From the human T2T-CHM13v2.0 reference genome, Homo sapiens: a stretch of 64,000 nucleotides of DNA. Where the stretch lies: the NCBI RefSeq assembly GCF_009914755.1, contig NC_060929.1. One strand, given 5' to 3'. Shown piece after piece: positions 1 to 16,210 of this stretch. Made by a program: the position numbers and the translations under genes. The notes under the pieces were generated by a model. That model did not search any database and was not told the origin of the DNA. It worked only from the letters and a program-made list of their open reading frames with translations. Every line of letters begins with the position of its first letter. Position 1 is the stretch's first letter.

Positions 1-19
1 AAGGTCTTGTAGAGTGCTA

Positions 20-640
20 AAACTTGAGGAAAGAAATCCCAAAGGAATAAAAATGGTGCAGAGAAGGGAGTTGACTTTCCCTAGCCCCTCCCTCTTCCCT
101 CAGGGCATACGCTAATTCTTGGTACTGAGAAAACCTGCAAAGGGTCCAAGCAGTAGGCTGCTACCAAGACCTAGAGAACCCAGCAATGCATTTGGGGTCT
201 TTAGTATCTGGAGAGACAGAAATGAAAGATCTGAGGAGTCAAAATTCCAATGAGTAAAAGGGGGCAAAGAACAGAGCCCCACATCTGTAACTTCTCCCAT
301 ATTCTAAAGCTACAGGAGCACACTGCTAAGGAGTTAAGCAGAAATGCTGTTACAAGGCACAGCCAAGTTCTGAATATCTCATGGTGCTGAAGAGACACAG
401 ATTAGGGCTCAGAACCTACCAGTGCAGAGGGAGCCTGGGGGAATCCCTGGGGTCTTCACTGGAAGCCATAGGGACAGTGATGAAAAAGGAGTAGACACAG
501 CCTCACCAAAACTCCAAGCTAGCCTTCAACCAACGCAGGACCTGATTGAATTAAGGTGATCAGCCCCCATCGGCCTGCCTTGCAAAAGACTAGGTGAAAC
601 TTCTCCAGAAGAAAATACCATGCAGATCCTCTCCTCATTT
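20..640 (+). mobile_element. Probable ancient L1M 5'-region fragment
   Basis: Degenerate purine-rich sequence resembling old L1M 5' ends (e.g. ctgattgaattaaggtgatcagcccc); recognition by memory only. Confidence 0.3.
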
Positions 641-1029
641 TTATCATCCACATATGCTTATCAGGCAAGCCCATTTCTCACCCTAAGGCTTGATGGAGAA
701 CCGAGCTTCCCAGAGCTCAGGCAGAAAAGGTCTTTCCCCACCCTCCATATTAGAGGAGAGGTGACCAGGCCCTGACTGGGTCTCTGCAACCTGGGGACTC
801 TCATTTACGACGCTGCCTTCTGTCCAGGTAGGATCCAGACTCTACACTCTGCAAAGCATGGAATGAATGCATGTCCAGTGTTTATACCCCAGTTTTTAAT
901 GACCTTAAAACACTGCCTTGCTTTTAATAATCAGGGTTTGGCTGTATTTTAAAACACCAGCCAGGAAACAACACTGAGAAATGTCTCGACAGGGAGCAAA
1001 GAATAACTTCTCAGGAGTCGCGCTGGCTG

Positions 1030-1230
1030 GAATGAATCCCAGCTTTGCCACTCACTGGCTGGGTGACCTGAGACAAGTCAGCCTCCAGCACCTCGGCTTC
1101 CTTATCTGTAAAACTTCGGATAATATGGTTATATAAGTATAAATCAGACAATGTATATAAAGTTCTTAGCAAAGTACATGATATATGGTAATTACTTAGT
1201 ATGTGCCACCTATGATTTTGATTATTATTA
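1030..1230 (+). mobile_element. MIR SINE
   Basis: gaatcccagctttgccactcactggctgggtgacctgagacaagtc...cttatctgtaaaa matches the MIR core. Confidence 0.8.
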
Positions 1231-1349
1231 CTATTGCTATTTTTAAACTGAACATTTATAGGTAACATTAGGGCTAGCATCACAGCATTCAGAAAGCCAA
1301 CAACAAATCCACCTACACACAACTGGCTTTAGCCACATAAAATAGTTGC

Positions 1350-1831
<482 letters not shown>

Positions 1832-3269
1832 AATCAGGTTAGCGATCATTTTGGGCTAACTTTCTGGAGCATCATCATGATATTCTGCCATCCAAGTTTG
1901 TTCCCGTACTTCTCCCCTTCAACTGTTTAAGATGAGCTGAGAAAGAAGATAAGCCCCCACAAGCCAGGAACCAGCATCTCTTGCTAAGCCATGCTCCCAA
2001 ATAGCAGGGAAGGTAGTTGTTTAGTTGTTATGAAGGTGGAGAATCCTGGCTTAGCCCAGGTGCCAAGGCAGATCCTCAGGAGCAGGCCCTCCCAACACAC
2101 TTATTGGATCCAACTCAGAACCTCGGGGCCCTAGGTTTTCACTTTTCTGACACTGCCCTGCTCTAAGCAGGAGAGAATGTGGCCTGTTTTTCTGAGGAAA
2201 ATAGGTTGTGCACTCCGTAGTCAATTTCACATTTGAAAATGGGAGACTAATAGCCTCTATTTTTTCTCTATTGCCATGCGCACCATCTATTCTAAATGTT
2301 CTCTGAACAGAGAAAATTGCCAAGTCAACATGCAGAGGAAATCTCATGCTTCAAGATGAATTAGTCAGTCGTGTTTAACTAAACCCTGACAGATGTGCAG
2401 GTAATCTGTATCTTTACAAGACTGCTAGATTTTCCACAGGCTCCCCAAAGTACACAAGTCTTGGATGTCTGATCGGATCAGGCACTGAAATCCTGAAAGA
2501 ATGAATCTGTCACTCAGGGACAAGTCCACTAGCAGGGAGCCACTGGTGTGGGTCGAGAGAGATCAGAAACCCGAAATGGAAAGAGGAGGCTCTCAGTTAC
2601 TGGGCCCTGTTCACTCACAAGGTCTTCAACCGAATGGTCTGTATGAGAAGAAAGTCAGGCACAGGTTGCCTGGAGCTTGATACATCCCAAAGAAGGAAAT
2701 AATCAAAGGCAACAGCCTGCAGAGGGCTATTTGTTCAAATTTGGTATTCTAGCCACAACACACAGGCTGGTGATGGGAGAAAAGTGCCTGCCTTTTAAGG
2801 TGCTCATCATCGCCCCCAATAAAGGTGTGAACAGGGGACTGAAGCTTTCAGAAGTGGGGACCCAGAGGATACATCCCACACACTTAGTACATTCCTAGGG
2901 AAAAGTAATGTTCGTGGGGTGAAAAATATAGTCATATATCCCCCTACTATTCTGGTGCCATTCTGGCATTCTACCCTGTGGCAATCCCGGCAATTTCTGG
3001 AGAGGGGTCCTGGCGAGAGGAGCAGGGCACTTGGGCTACCAGCATCAGACTCTTCAGAGGAAAAGACGGTGCTTTCTTGGGAGAGGATTTGGATTAATCA
3101 CGAAGACCAAGACCTGCTTTCTTGTGCTCTCCTCACCCTCCTGGATGGACACGTGCCAGCTAGCCCTCTAATTCTCCCATTTTCAATTACATTCCCTCCC
3201 GCCCTCCATCCTGGTTTCAGCTTGCTTTTCATTGCTCTTGTGCTCCCAGTTTTCTTCTCAGCATCCTAC

Positions 3270-3739
3270 TGAGAGGTGAAGCCAGCTAGACTTCCTGGGT
3301 CGAGTGGGGACTCAGAGAACTTTTCTGTCTTACAAGAGGATTATAAAATGCACCAATCAGTGCTCTGTAAAAATGTACCAATCAGCACTCTGTAGCTAGC
3401 AAGAGGACTGTAAAATTACCAATTGGCAGGATCCTAAAAGTAGCCAATCACAGGGAGGATTGAAAAAAGGACACTCTGATAGGACAGAAATGGAACATGG
3501 GAGGGGACAAATAAAGGAATAAAAGCTGGCCACCCCAGCCAGCAGCGGCAACCCTCTCGGTTCCCCTTCCACACTGTGGAAACTTCGTTCTTTTGCTCTT
3601 AACAATAAACCTTGCTACCTCTTACTCTTTGGGTCTGTGCCATCTTTAAGAGCAGTAACACTCACTGCAAAGGTCCACGGCTTCATTCTTGAAGTCAGTG
3701 AGACCATGAGCCCACTGGAAAGAACCAACTCCAGACACA
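3270..3739 (+). mobile_element. Solo LTR of ERV9 family (LTR12F-like)
   Basis: Starts tgagaggtgaagccagc, ends ccagacaca (TG...CA); 4-bp TSD CTAC at 3266-3269 and 3740-3743; repeated CCAAT boxes; AATAAA. Confidence 0.92.
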
Positions 3740-3959
3740 CTACTTCTCAATGATGTTTCCCCATTTACCCTACTGTTTCTACAGGTTATGACGTATCATT
3801 TTTACACAATCTCCATCTGCTCCAATGGGCTGGTGTGTGAGCCACGTCTCTGGGATCCACTCCCCAGCCTCATATCTGCTTCTTCCCATAGTCAGAAAAT
3901 GGTACCAGCAAATACTCATATATTCTCAGGGCAAACACTTGGGAATTGTCCTGGTTCAC

Positions 3960-4640
3960 AGTGAAAAAGTTCACTGCTTCTTATCTCCACTGCCTCTATT
4001 CTAGTCTCCAATGCCACCACTACCTCCCACCAGGACAACTGGAACAGGCTCCTAATTGGTCTCCCATCTTGCCCCCTCCCTCCCCCGCCATGTTCCCTTC
4101 TCCATCCAGCAGCCAAAGTGATATTTCCAAAACGGACATTTGATCAAGTCACTCTCCTGTTTGAGACACTTCAGAGGCTCCCAGTTATTCTGTAGGTTAA
4201 GTCTAAACTCCATAATGTGAGCTAAATGGCCTGCAGGACACACTCACTGAAAAACCAAATCTCTCTTCTGTATCTGCTCCTCCTCAACCTTCACGCTCTG
4301 GCCTTACTGCCCCTCCGACATGCTCTTCTATTGGGAAACAAACACCTCTTCCCACTGCCTTGCTAATGCCAATTCCTCCATCAGATCTTGGCTTTAAAGT
4401 GACATTTTCTTAGAGGACTTCCCTAATCCTCAAACTTGAGATTTCTCTTTTCTATGCTCCCAATGCCTTGTTTCTCTGATAGCATTCATAACACCCATCT
4501 CGTTCAGTGCCCATTTCTCCCCTAGATCATAGCAACATAAAACATGCCCTGACTCTGCCCAGCACTGGGGACCCAGCATCTAACCCAGTCAGTTCCTGGC
4601 ATGAAGAAAGTTCTCAATACACACCTACTGACTGAATAGA
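3960..4640 (+). mobile_element. L2 LINE 3' fragment
   Basis: aggctcctaattggtctccc, cagcagccaaagtgat and the terminal cctggcatg...ctcaata...tgactgaat are typical of L2. Confidence 0.75.
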
Positions 4641-4659
4641 ATCACCCTTTTACTGCCTT

Positions 4660-4800
4660 TTGTAAACTTCAATTTTTCCATCTGCAAAATGGTGTAATAA
4701 AGCTTAGCTCATAGCATCACTACATGGAATAAGATGAGACAATATTAGTAAAACATAGCTCACAGCTACTGGCATATAGCAGGAACTCAATAAATTTATG
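4660..4800 (+). mobile_element. MIR fragment
   Basis: ccatctgcaaaatgg...ctggcatatagcaggaactcaataaat. Confidence 0.7.
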
Positions 4801-7440
4801 TTCCCCTTCTCATATCCCAACTGTCTGCATAATATGTTAGAATTGTATTGTTGTGCATTTTTTAAGCCTGAGGAGATGCTTGTGATATAAAGAATAACAT
4901 CTCTCCTTATTTTATACATGGGTCAGTAGAAGTCCAAGAAATACAGGTTGCAATATCTGTCTGCTGTGGATAAGTTCCAGGATTGGGAGATTGGTCTGAC
5001 TTCCCCACACCCGTATTCTTAGCACTTGCTCTAAGGTACTATGTAGTAGTTGTTCAAAAATATATTTATCACTAAGTATATTTTAAATGAATGAACAATA
5101 GATCACAGACTCCCAATGTCAAACAGCTATTAAGTGGAAGAGACAGGATTTGAATCAGGCTGTCATCCTGCTGGGCCATCCCCACGTGCAGGACTTACTT
5201 CCTGGATATATTGGTCTTGTGGGCAGCCAATACTAACCTAACAATTAATATACTTGGTCCATACTCTGGGTTGAAAAAAATCAAAATATCAGGCCTTGCC
5301 TTGTGTAGGAAACTCTGCCAATGATGCAGGTGAGGTAGCTAGCTGAGCAATATAGGATGGAGGGAGAGCAAGTAGGCTCTCACCTTTGTTAGCTTTGGTG
5401 TGAGAACAATGGTCTTTTGGAAGAACTGCGAACAGCCTGCTGCCTGTGTCACATGTGTGGCCACTGGGGCTTCATTAGAGAAAGGTATAGTGCCATTGCA
5501 CATTACTCCAAAATGTGGAAAAAGACAGCTCTCTCCCCCAGGAAAGCACAGCACTCAGGCAGAGAAGGGCCCAGGTAATTTGGTGCTCTCCCAGTGGACT
5601 TTTCCTTTCTGTTTGGAAAATATGAACAAAATGCAAAGAGCAAGTGTAAATAAGGCACGTTCAGTCTCCATGGAAAGTACATAGCCCTGGGAAGAAAACG
5701 TGATCGCTCTCCACCTGGCCACCTTTGCCCCCTCCACCCAAGGCATGGAGCTTTATAGGGCTTTAAGCTAGACTGGATTTGAATGCAGACAGTGTTCAAA
5801 CATAGCTTGGAGTGCAGCATGAGGAACGCAGCTGATGGGAGGGAGAAGGAGGCATTGTTGTCAATACTGTAGGACAGAGAAGCTGCTCCAGGGTTACCGC
5901 AGCCTTGGTGGGGTTGTAAGGGGGAAGGGGAGCTCTAAGTTATTAGTATTTGCTTATGTGGCAGTTAGACTCCCCGGGCAGTAGTCTTTGGAGGAAAGAA
6001 GGGTTGCTTCTTACCTAGATGAGTGTCAGTAGTCTGGCTCTGCCTGTACCCCGGGACCCCATTGTCCCCTTCTCCCTGGCCCCTGTGTCCTCCCTCAGAC
6101 AAAACCAGGGGCTAGTGAAGAGCTGGTGAGGAAGTTTCAAAACAGGTAATGGTTTTGAAAGTGGAGAGGTAGGAGCTAGGAAATCCAAGCGTCTTTGAAA
6201 AATGCTCCCAAAGGCTATAACTGGTGTTCCACGCTGGTCTCAGCTCATTGATGACTTCAAGGGCTGAATGACAGTCTGAAAAGCCCTTTCTGAGGATTTG
6301 ACAAAAAAGGGGAAGAAAAGGAAACAATCAGTGGGATAAAAAACATTTGGGAGATGAGATAAAAAATGGAAAGGGAGACAGAGGATAGAAATCCTTTATT
6401 CAAAGCTACAGTGTTACTATCTAATAGAGTAAGAAGTGGCGAGCAAGTGTGAGTGAGCGTGTCTCTGTTAGAAATCCTAACTGAAGCCACATTTGAACAC
6501 CCAATTGGGGATGTCCGAAAATGGCAAATCTGACACACAGGCATCACAGGATAGCTGTAAACCTCTGTTGGGGAACCAATTACTGGTATATTCTTGTAAT
6601 GCATGAAATCTTTCAGCTAAAGAACCAAAGGATAAAAATAACCCTACCCTACTCCTCCCCTTCTGTCACAGGACCAGCCCCCCTCTCTCAGGCAAACCTC
6701 ACCAATGCGATCTCAGGGCTCTAGCAGAAGCAAATATGAAAACAATCAGAATTTAGTTTAAACTTTAGTGCCTCCGAAGGTGATTAAGGAGTTGGGCGAG
6801 ACTCAAGTTCTCTTTGGGAGCAAGCTCGGAGGCCTCTCAGAAATGGAGACCTGATGCTGATTCTTTCAAACTAATCTCCTTCAGCCCTCCTAGGTGCTGT
6901 TGTGAATAATTACTTAATCAGAGCAGCCCTGGATCAATGTGCTCAGAGTGTTTGCAATTAGTAGCTCCTGTAGAAGGTCCAGCTGAGCCTTCCTTAGAGC
7001 AGTGATGAGTTGAGATGAAATAACACTTTCCAGAGTCTGGGTTCAAGCAAACACAAGGGTGCCTTCCTGAACTGCCTTGCCTGGGTTGGGTCTCTTCCCT
7101 CCATCATGGCATTCTCAGGCTGCTGGAAGCCTTCAGCAGCAAGTGTCTGTCTCCCAGTACAGCATGGTAGGCTCCTCCTCACCAACAGGGACCATGTCCC
7201 TCCTGTCATTCAATATCTAAGCAAACAGAAGGTGCCCCAGTGCTGGAAAAATGTGTAGGAACACCAAGGAGAGGATGCTACATGCCATGGGAGCATGAAT
7301 GTGGAGAAGGAGTGAGTCTACAATTCCCTTAGGAATGTGGAACCCAATAAACTTGAATGCAAACAGGTGAAGATTGATTCTGCTTAGCACAGTCATTCTG
7401 CCTTAAAAGCTTAAAAACAGGAGAGAGAAAGTAGGCTCTG

Positions 7441-7715
7441 GGCTGGGCATGGTGGCTCATGCCTGTAATCCCAGCATTTTGGGAGGCCAACTCACCTGAG
7501 GTCAGGAGTTTGAGACTAACCTGGCCAACATGGTGAAACCCCATCTCTACTAAAAATACAAAAATTATCTGGGCTTGGTGGCATGTGCCTGTAATCCCAG
7601 CTACTCTGGAGGCTGAGGTTCCAGTGAGCCGAGATCACGCCACTGCACTCTAGCCTAGAAGACAGAGTGAAACTCCGTCTCAAAAAATAAATAAATAAAA
7701 AATAAAAACAAAAAA
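7441..7715 (+). mobile_element. AluS with internal deletions, inserted in a MIR
   Basis: Dimeric Alu, (AAAT)n-type tail, TSD taggctctg(g); right arm lacks the caggagaatcgcttgaacccggg segment. Confidence 0.96.
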
Positions 7716-7935
7716 TAGGCTCTGGAGTCAGGGCTGAACGCAGATCCCAGTGGTGCCATCCTCGCTGAGACTACGGACAGGTTACTTTTTAATCTTCAGT
7801 TTCCTCATCTCTAGAATGAAGGTGATAACAGAACTAGTATTAGGACCACGAGGAGAATGAAACTATAATAGAATGCACTTAAGCACTCAGCTCCAGGCTT
7901 GCCATGTGGTAGCACCAGGCCACACTCAGTAGCTG
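7716..7935 (+). mobile_element. MIR (host of the Alu)
   Basis: ggctctggagtcag...cttcagtttcctcatct. Confidence 0.75.
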
Positions 7936-9801
7936 TCGGCTGTGATCTGATTTGTGTTTGTGGACACAGAGCAGCATGGTGATCCACCAAATAGAAAAGT
8001 ATAGGAATCAAGGTCATGCATGTGATGTTTTCACAGGAAATGACCACAGGAAGCCATCCAGCAAGATAGGAATCTCTTCTATTGCTTTTCAGAGAAGGTG
8101 GATGATATCTCCCAGGTCCTACGGATGGTAAACGGCAAAACTGAATTCAAGCCCAGCTCTCTCAACTAGAGTTTCACTCATCTGCTCATCTATGACAACC
8201 CCATTCTCCCCAAGAAAATACCTCCTCCACAAGATACAGACCATGCACTTGAGTGCAAGGTTGGGACCCACACTCCCTCAGACTTCCAGCTCTCACAACC
8301 CTCAGTGTACAAGTTGTTGCTCTTCACGCAAGCCCTTGCTCTTCTCTGATCCCCTGCTTTTTCATCTGTAAAATGGGAATAATGTTTGTGGTGAGGATTT
8401 TGCTTTCAAATACTGACAGGCAGCCACTATTTCTTCTCTTCCAAGGAGCTTCAGGGGCTGGGAGCACTTACCCTTGAGAGGCTAATAGATAATAAGCTCC
8501 TTGCCATAAGCAGTTTTGTAATAGAAAACACAATAGGAGCTTACTGAAGGGATTTAAAAAACATATACAAGGTGAATTGCCTTTCTAATTGGAGATCATC
8601 TAACAGAGATCTTTGAGCCAGGTTATGCCTGCTCAAATTAAATTGCATTATATGTAATTCCAGCTTTTACTTTTCACTGCCTAAAACATCAATATATATG
8701 CGTGTTCTCTTATCCTTAGAGAATGCGTCATTTTATGTAAAAACAGGCATGAGCAAAGGAATTAGGTGCCATTATTCAGGAACTTGCTAATAAAGTCTTT
8801 AAAAAGCAATCTTTGGAAGAGTTTAAAATACTGACATTAAACTTGGAATAAGATGAGTTATACTAATTAATGGTACAATCTACAAGCAAAGATGGATAAA
8901 TTTCCCTATTAAACCCATTAAGACTATTCTAGGTAAGCTGATTTGAGGAGACTTTAATGTTTCCCTTGATTCTAATGATAATCTTTCATCTGGAAAAAGA
9001 AACATTTAGAACTTGCATAATAACATCTGTAAATGTGCATTAGTGGAGTAACGCTTATTTTTTTTTTCTCCCTGAATAATCTAGATCAGGGAAGTTAGCT
9101 AGATGAAATAAGCTTTTAAAGCTTCTGATAAAATCCACAGCCACTTTCACACTCTGGGGCCAAAAAAAAAAAAAATTATTGGATATGCAAAATATTGGTT
9201 TAAAATGCCAAGTCTGGCTTTAGCTGTGCTCCCTAGCCAGTGGGTCAGCATTTCCCTACATGGGAGACTTGAAATCGATTAGCAGCATCATACCCAGCAG
9301 TTTTACTGAAGGATTTCATGGCCAACCAGACTTTTTAGGCCCTCAACTAATAAAGACTAAGCTGCAGAAATGACAACTGCTGTTCTCACCTAAAATCAGC
9401 AATGGCAAATGCTCTGAGATGAGGGTGTAAAACAGGCTCAACCTGGACTACTGAGAGAGCCATGGGGGAAGGGGAAGGACAGAGTCCTGGGAAAGGGGCT
9501 AGGTGATAATGCCTAATTCCTTCATGGGCCATCCCACTGTGGAGAGCCAGACTGAGTGTCTGAGAGTCATTTTGCCTTTTGTTAATGTATGAGCTCAACT
9601 GGCCAACAGCAGTCAGTGAAGGCTTCCTGGAGGAGGCAAGAATTGAACTGAGGCTCATACGCAGGGAGGACTTAGAGACATTCTAGGCAGGCCTTAGAAA
9701 TAATGAGGAGCCCACTTTGAATAAAGTGATTTATTTTTAATGCTCTGCTCAAATTATATATACCATTTCTAAATCATAAATGTATATAAAATCATAAGTT
9801 G

Positions 9802-10145
<344 letters not shown>

Positions 10146-12149
10146 CTATATTACATAATATATATGCATATATACATCTCAAGGGATGACTTCTGACAAA
10201 GGTAGCACCGCTTGTTCCAGGGCCAATATATGAACTTTTATATCTGTAAGAGGTTGTTGACAGAAGATGTCTTTTTAGGGTATGTACAAGTCTCTATTTC
10301 TAATGAGCAATTTGTGTCCAGTTTGACCTGCTCAGATTCAACATCCAAATCTAGGTATTATTGAACAATTTTAATTTCTATATTTTTTCCATCCCAGAAG
10401 CATCAAAATATGCATGTATGTTTTTACACTTAAACATGAGGTAAACTTAAATTGTTATTTAATGGAGCAGAAAGCCACAAAGAATTGGTGGAGGACCAAG
10501 CCTGGGATTTGAGATCAGATCCTGAAGGTGATAGGAAGCTTAGGAGGTGTCCAGAACCTGGGAATGGCTCTTTTATTTGGGAGTGGGAGGAGAACACTGG
10601 TACACTTTCATTCACAGATTACATGGGGAGGATCAGGCATAGACTTAAAATGAATGCAGAGAACCATGAGCTCCTTTTAATTCCCCCCACTACTCCACCA
10701 TTGCCCTGGTTTAGAGTGGATGGTGCCATGGGGATATGGGTTGATGGAAGGGTGGTAGCATTGACTCTTTCTTGCAACAAAGGTCCAGCAGCATCTCCAG
10801 GGGTGCCAGAGTCTAAGGTAAGATGGTGGACATCGAGCTGGAGTTGAAAATTCCCACTTGGAATTGAGGCCAGAACAGAATAATCCTGGAGATGCCTGGA
10901 CCAGATGCAGCAGGACACCTGCATTATCATGCTTCCAGTGAACAAGCTGATGAAGGAGGAAGATAGATAAATGAGGGTCTAGAGACAAACTGCCTCCTGA
11001 AACCATAAAGGTGTTTTAGGCTATTCCAAATCCTGCTTGCTTGGGTGTACGACTTACTACTCTTCTCACTCTTCAGGTCATGCAAGTCTCTCAATCATCT
11101 CCCCTTCTCCTGAGGGCATGATTAGGTATAGTGACTTGGCATGAAAAGTAGCTGGCATTCAAGCCTCAAGTGACCTCCTCTGGGCTCAGAGAGGATCGTG
11201 TGACTGGCACAGTGATAAAATGTTTGCTATTATTATTATCTCTATTTCTAGTAAAACTGCTATATTTGATCTACATTTCCTATTTAGAGATCCAGTATCT
11301 AACAACACAGCATGACATAGCTAGTAATTTCTCTCTTCCCCTCCTGAATGTCATATATAAACAACAATGTACCCAGGAAAAAAAACCTAAATTTTATTTT
11401 CAGTAAAACTAGGAGATATATCCCCAGGCTTGAACAGTACAACAGAAGCCACCCAGATGGAAGTTAAAAGGTCCAGGTGGACCAATAAAAACACAATGAC
11501 CCAGCAAAAATAGACTTCCTACAGGCAAAGAGCTCCTTCTGAAGTGATAGACTTCTTGTTCAGCAAGAACTAAGGGATCTGGAAGAAGGGAGAGTGCACA
11601 GATTAAACAGAAGCTGCACAGGAAAGTAAAATAAGGGAAGGAAGAAAAGAGCAAAATGGCCTAGAGGCAGCAGATCTCAGAGAGCATCTACAAAATTATT
11701 CTTCTTGTAGGCAAGAGGCTTGCCATAAAGTACCACTTGGGTCTGGCAAGAAAATTAGAGACAGAGTGAGCACAGCTGATAAGAGAAACCCTCTTAGACC
11801 TGATCTGTTTCATAGAAACAGAAAAGATAGGACCATACAGAGGAGCCATTTTTATAGGAGGCCATCTGTCACTGGTAAATCCCTGAAGCAAGTGCCTTTG
11901 GAGTGTGAATCTATAAAGATAGCCTGGTTCTTCCCCTTCCATCCACAAGGCTTCCTTTTGAATAGGTAGGCCAGTAACATCTAACTTATTCCAATAATAG
12001 CTTTTTTTTTTAAAGGGGCTGGCAAGTTGATTTTTAAAGTGAGTTACAAAAGAGCAGCATTGCATCTATGTTCTAGGTTTTGAAAAAAAAAGGAAAAGAG
12101 CAAAACTTACCACAGAACACTTAGCAGAAAGATGGAAAAGACGAACATG

Positions 12150-12666
12150 TAGACCAAGTATAAAACCATGGATTAAAATGAAACAATCACCTTTGTAAAG
12201 AAAGACAACAAAGCAGTATTCAAGAACTCAGGGGAGAGATAAGGAGTCAATGAGGAAATGGTATGGAAGCATTTAGAACCCAGGGGAAAATGAAGCCAAA
12301 GTGGAGAAGCACAAGGGAGAACAGCACAAGGGGAAAAATACAAGAGAGAAGGATGCCAGAAATGAGAAGAGTGAACAACATGAAGAGGAAATAAAGAAGG
12401 AATTACAGAAGGTTACAGAGTAACATATAGCTATAGAGAAGAGACAAAGGAAACCCTATATATGGATAACTGAAGCCTCTGAAGAAACAAAAGACAACAA
12501 TGGAACATGACATAATTTAAAATACAATTCATTAAACCACTCCAGAAATAAGGGTGGAATTTACATGTTTAAAAGGCACAGCATAAGCTAGGAAAAAGGG
12601 ACCGAGAACGGTCAATACTAAGATCTACCTAAATAAAGTTACTGGGTTTTAAAAGTAAAGAAATAT
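12150..12666 (+). mobile_element. HAL1/old L1 ORF1-like remnant, left part
   Basis: A-rich degenerate ORF1-like sequence (gagaagagacaaagg...aaagttactgggttttaaaagtaaagaaa) that resumes after the L1PA insertion. Confidence 0.55.

Positions 12667-14974
<2,308 letters not shown>

Positions 14975-15008
<34 letters not shown>
14975..15008. repeat. (AC)17 microsatellite
   Basis: Perfect dinucleotide run at the L1 3' end. Confidence 0.97.
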
Positions 15009-15012
<4 letters not shown>

Positions 15013-15860
15013 AACACAGTAGCAGAAAAGATACCCAAGTAACTTAGGAGAGGTAAAAGGAATAAGTCTGCCCTCAGATTTCAGCACGGCAATATTCAAA
15101 AGAGGAAGTCAATACAACAATATCCTTAAAACAGCCAAGAAAAGAAAGTTGAACCAAGGATTTTACATCAAACTGTGCTATCAATAATAAATACTTCAGG
15201 AAACCAGTTCTATACAGTTAACCAGGAACTACTGTTCTCATGAGCCCTTCCAAAGGAAATACTAGAGAATTGTAGACAACTGTGGTGACTGGAGTGACAG
15301 ATAAGAAGGCAAATGCTACATACCCTGTCAATGAAGAAATGATACAAACAACAACAAAGAGGGGAAGGGAGGAAGAAGATGCAAAGTACAACAAGTTTAC
15401 TGATGGCCTTAAACATAATAGTTGGAGTCAGATGACAGAATTAAAAGCTGAGTAATATAATATTGAACATATTTCACTGAACAAAGATTAAACCCTAAGA
15501 GGATAATTGTATCAACTATGATCAAGTGTCAGGAGAAATGAAGGGGAGGCTAAACTGGGGGAGAAGGGAAGAGAGAGAAGAATCATATTAATTTTATCAC
15601 TGTTTTAAGTGAGAACATTCCTGAATATCAGAAGAATGATACACACACATGCCCTGCCACACAATATTAAAAAACGTAAAGGAAAATATGGAAAAATAAC
15701 AGAGATGATAGTACTAAACATAACTTTTTACTTCGATAAGTCTAAATGAGTTAAAATTCACCTCTCAAAAGAATAAGATTTTATTTTCAGACCAGGTCAC
15801 AAAGAGAAGCCTAACTCCATATTGATTTTTACAAGAAATATAACAATGGCAAAGTGATTC
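15009..15860 (+). mobile_element. HAL1/old L1 remnant, right part
   Basis: gtctgccctcagatttc...gaaccaaggattttacatc resembles the ORF1 C-terminal region. Confidence 0.5.
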
Positions 15861-15874
15861 AGAGAGGTTGCTAG

Positions 15875-16210
15875 ATATTTTGACCCCAAAATTTCACTTT
15901 GGGACTAACACCTACAGATAAGCATATAAATACATTTGAAGTAGCATGTATAAGGCTATCTATAACAGCATTATTTGAAATAGCAAAAGGCTGGAAACAT
16001 TCAAATGTCCATGGTTAAATCAATTATAGTATATCCACCAATGGAAAAACTATAAAGCTACTCATATGAGATGCAAAGATCTCCAAGAGAGGTCAAATGA
16101 AAGTGCAGAATAGTGTATATTCTATACTATATATGTGTTAAAAGGTAGAGAGATAATCTGTATTTGCATTTGTTTCTATGTGCATCAAGAGCCTCTTCAA
16201 GCATACACAA
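15875..16210 (+). mobile_element. L1ME-type 3' fragment
   Basis: tttgacccc...cagcattatttgaaatagcaaaaggctggaaaca...aaatgtcca. Confidence 0.7.
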
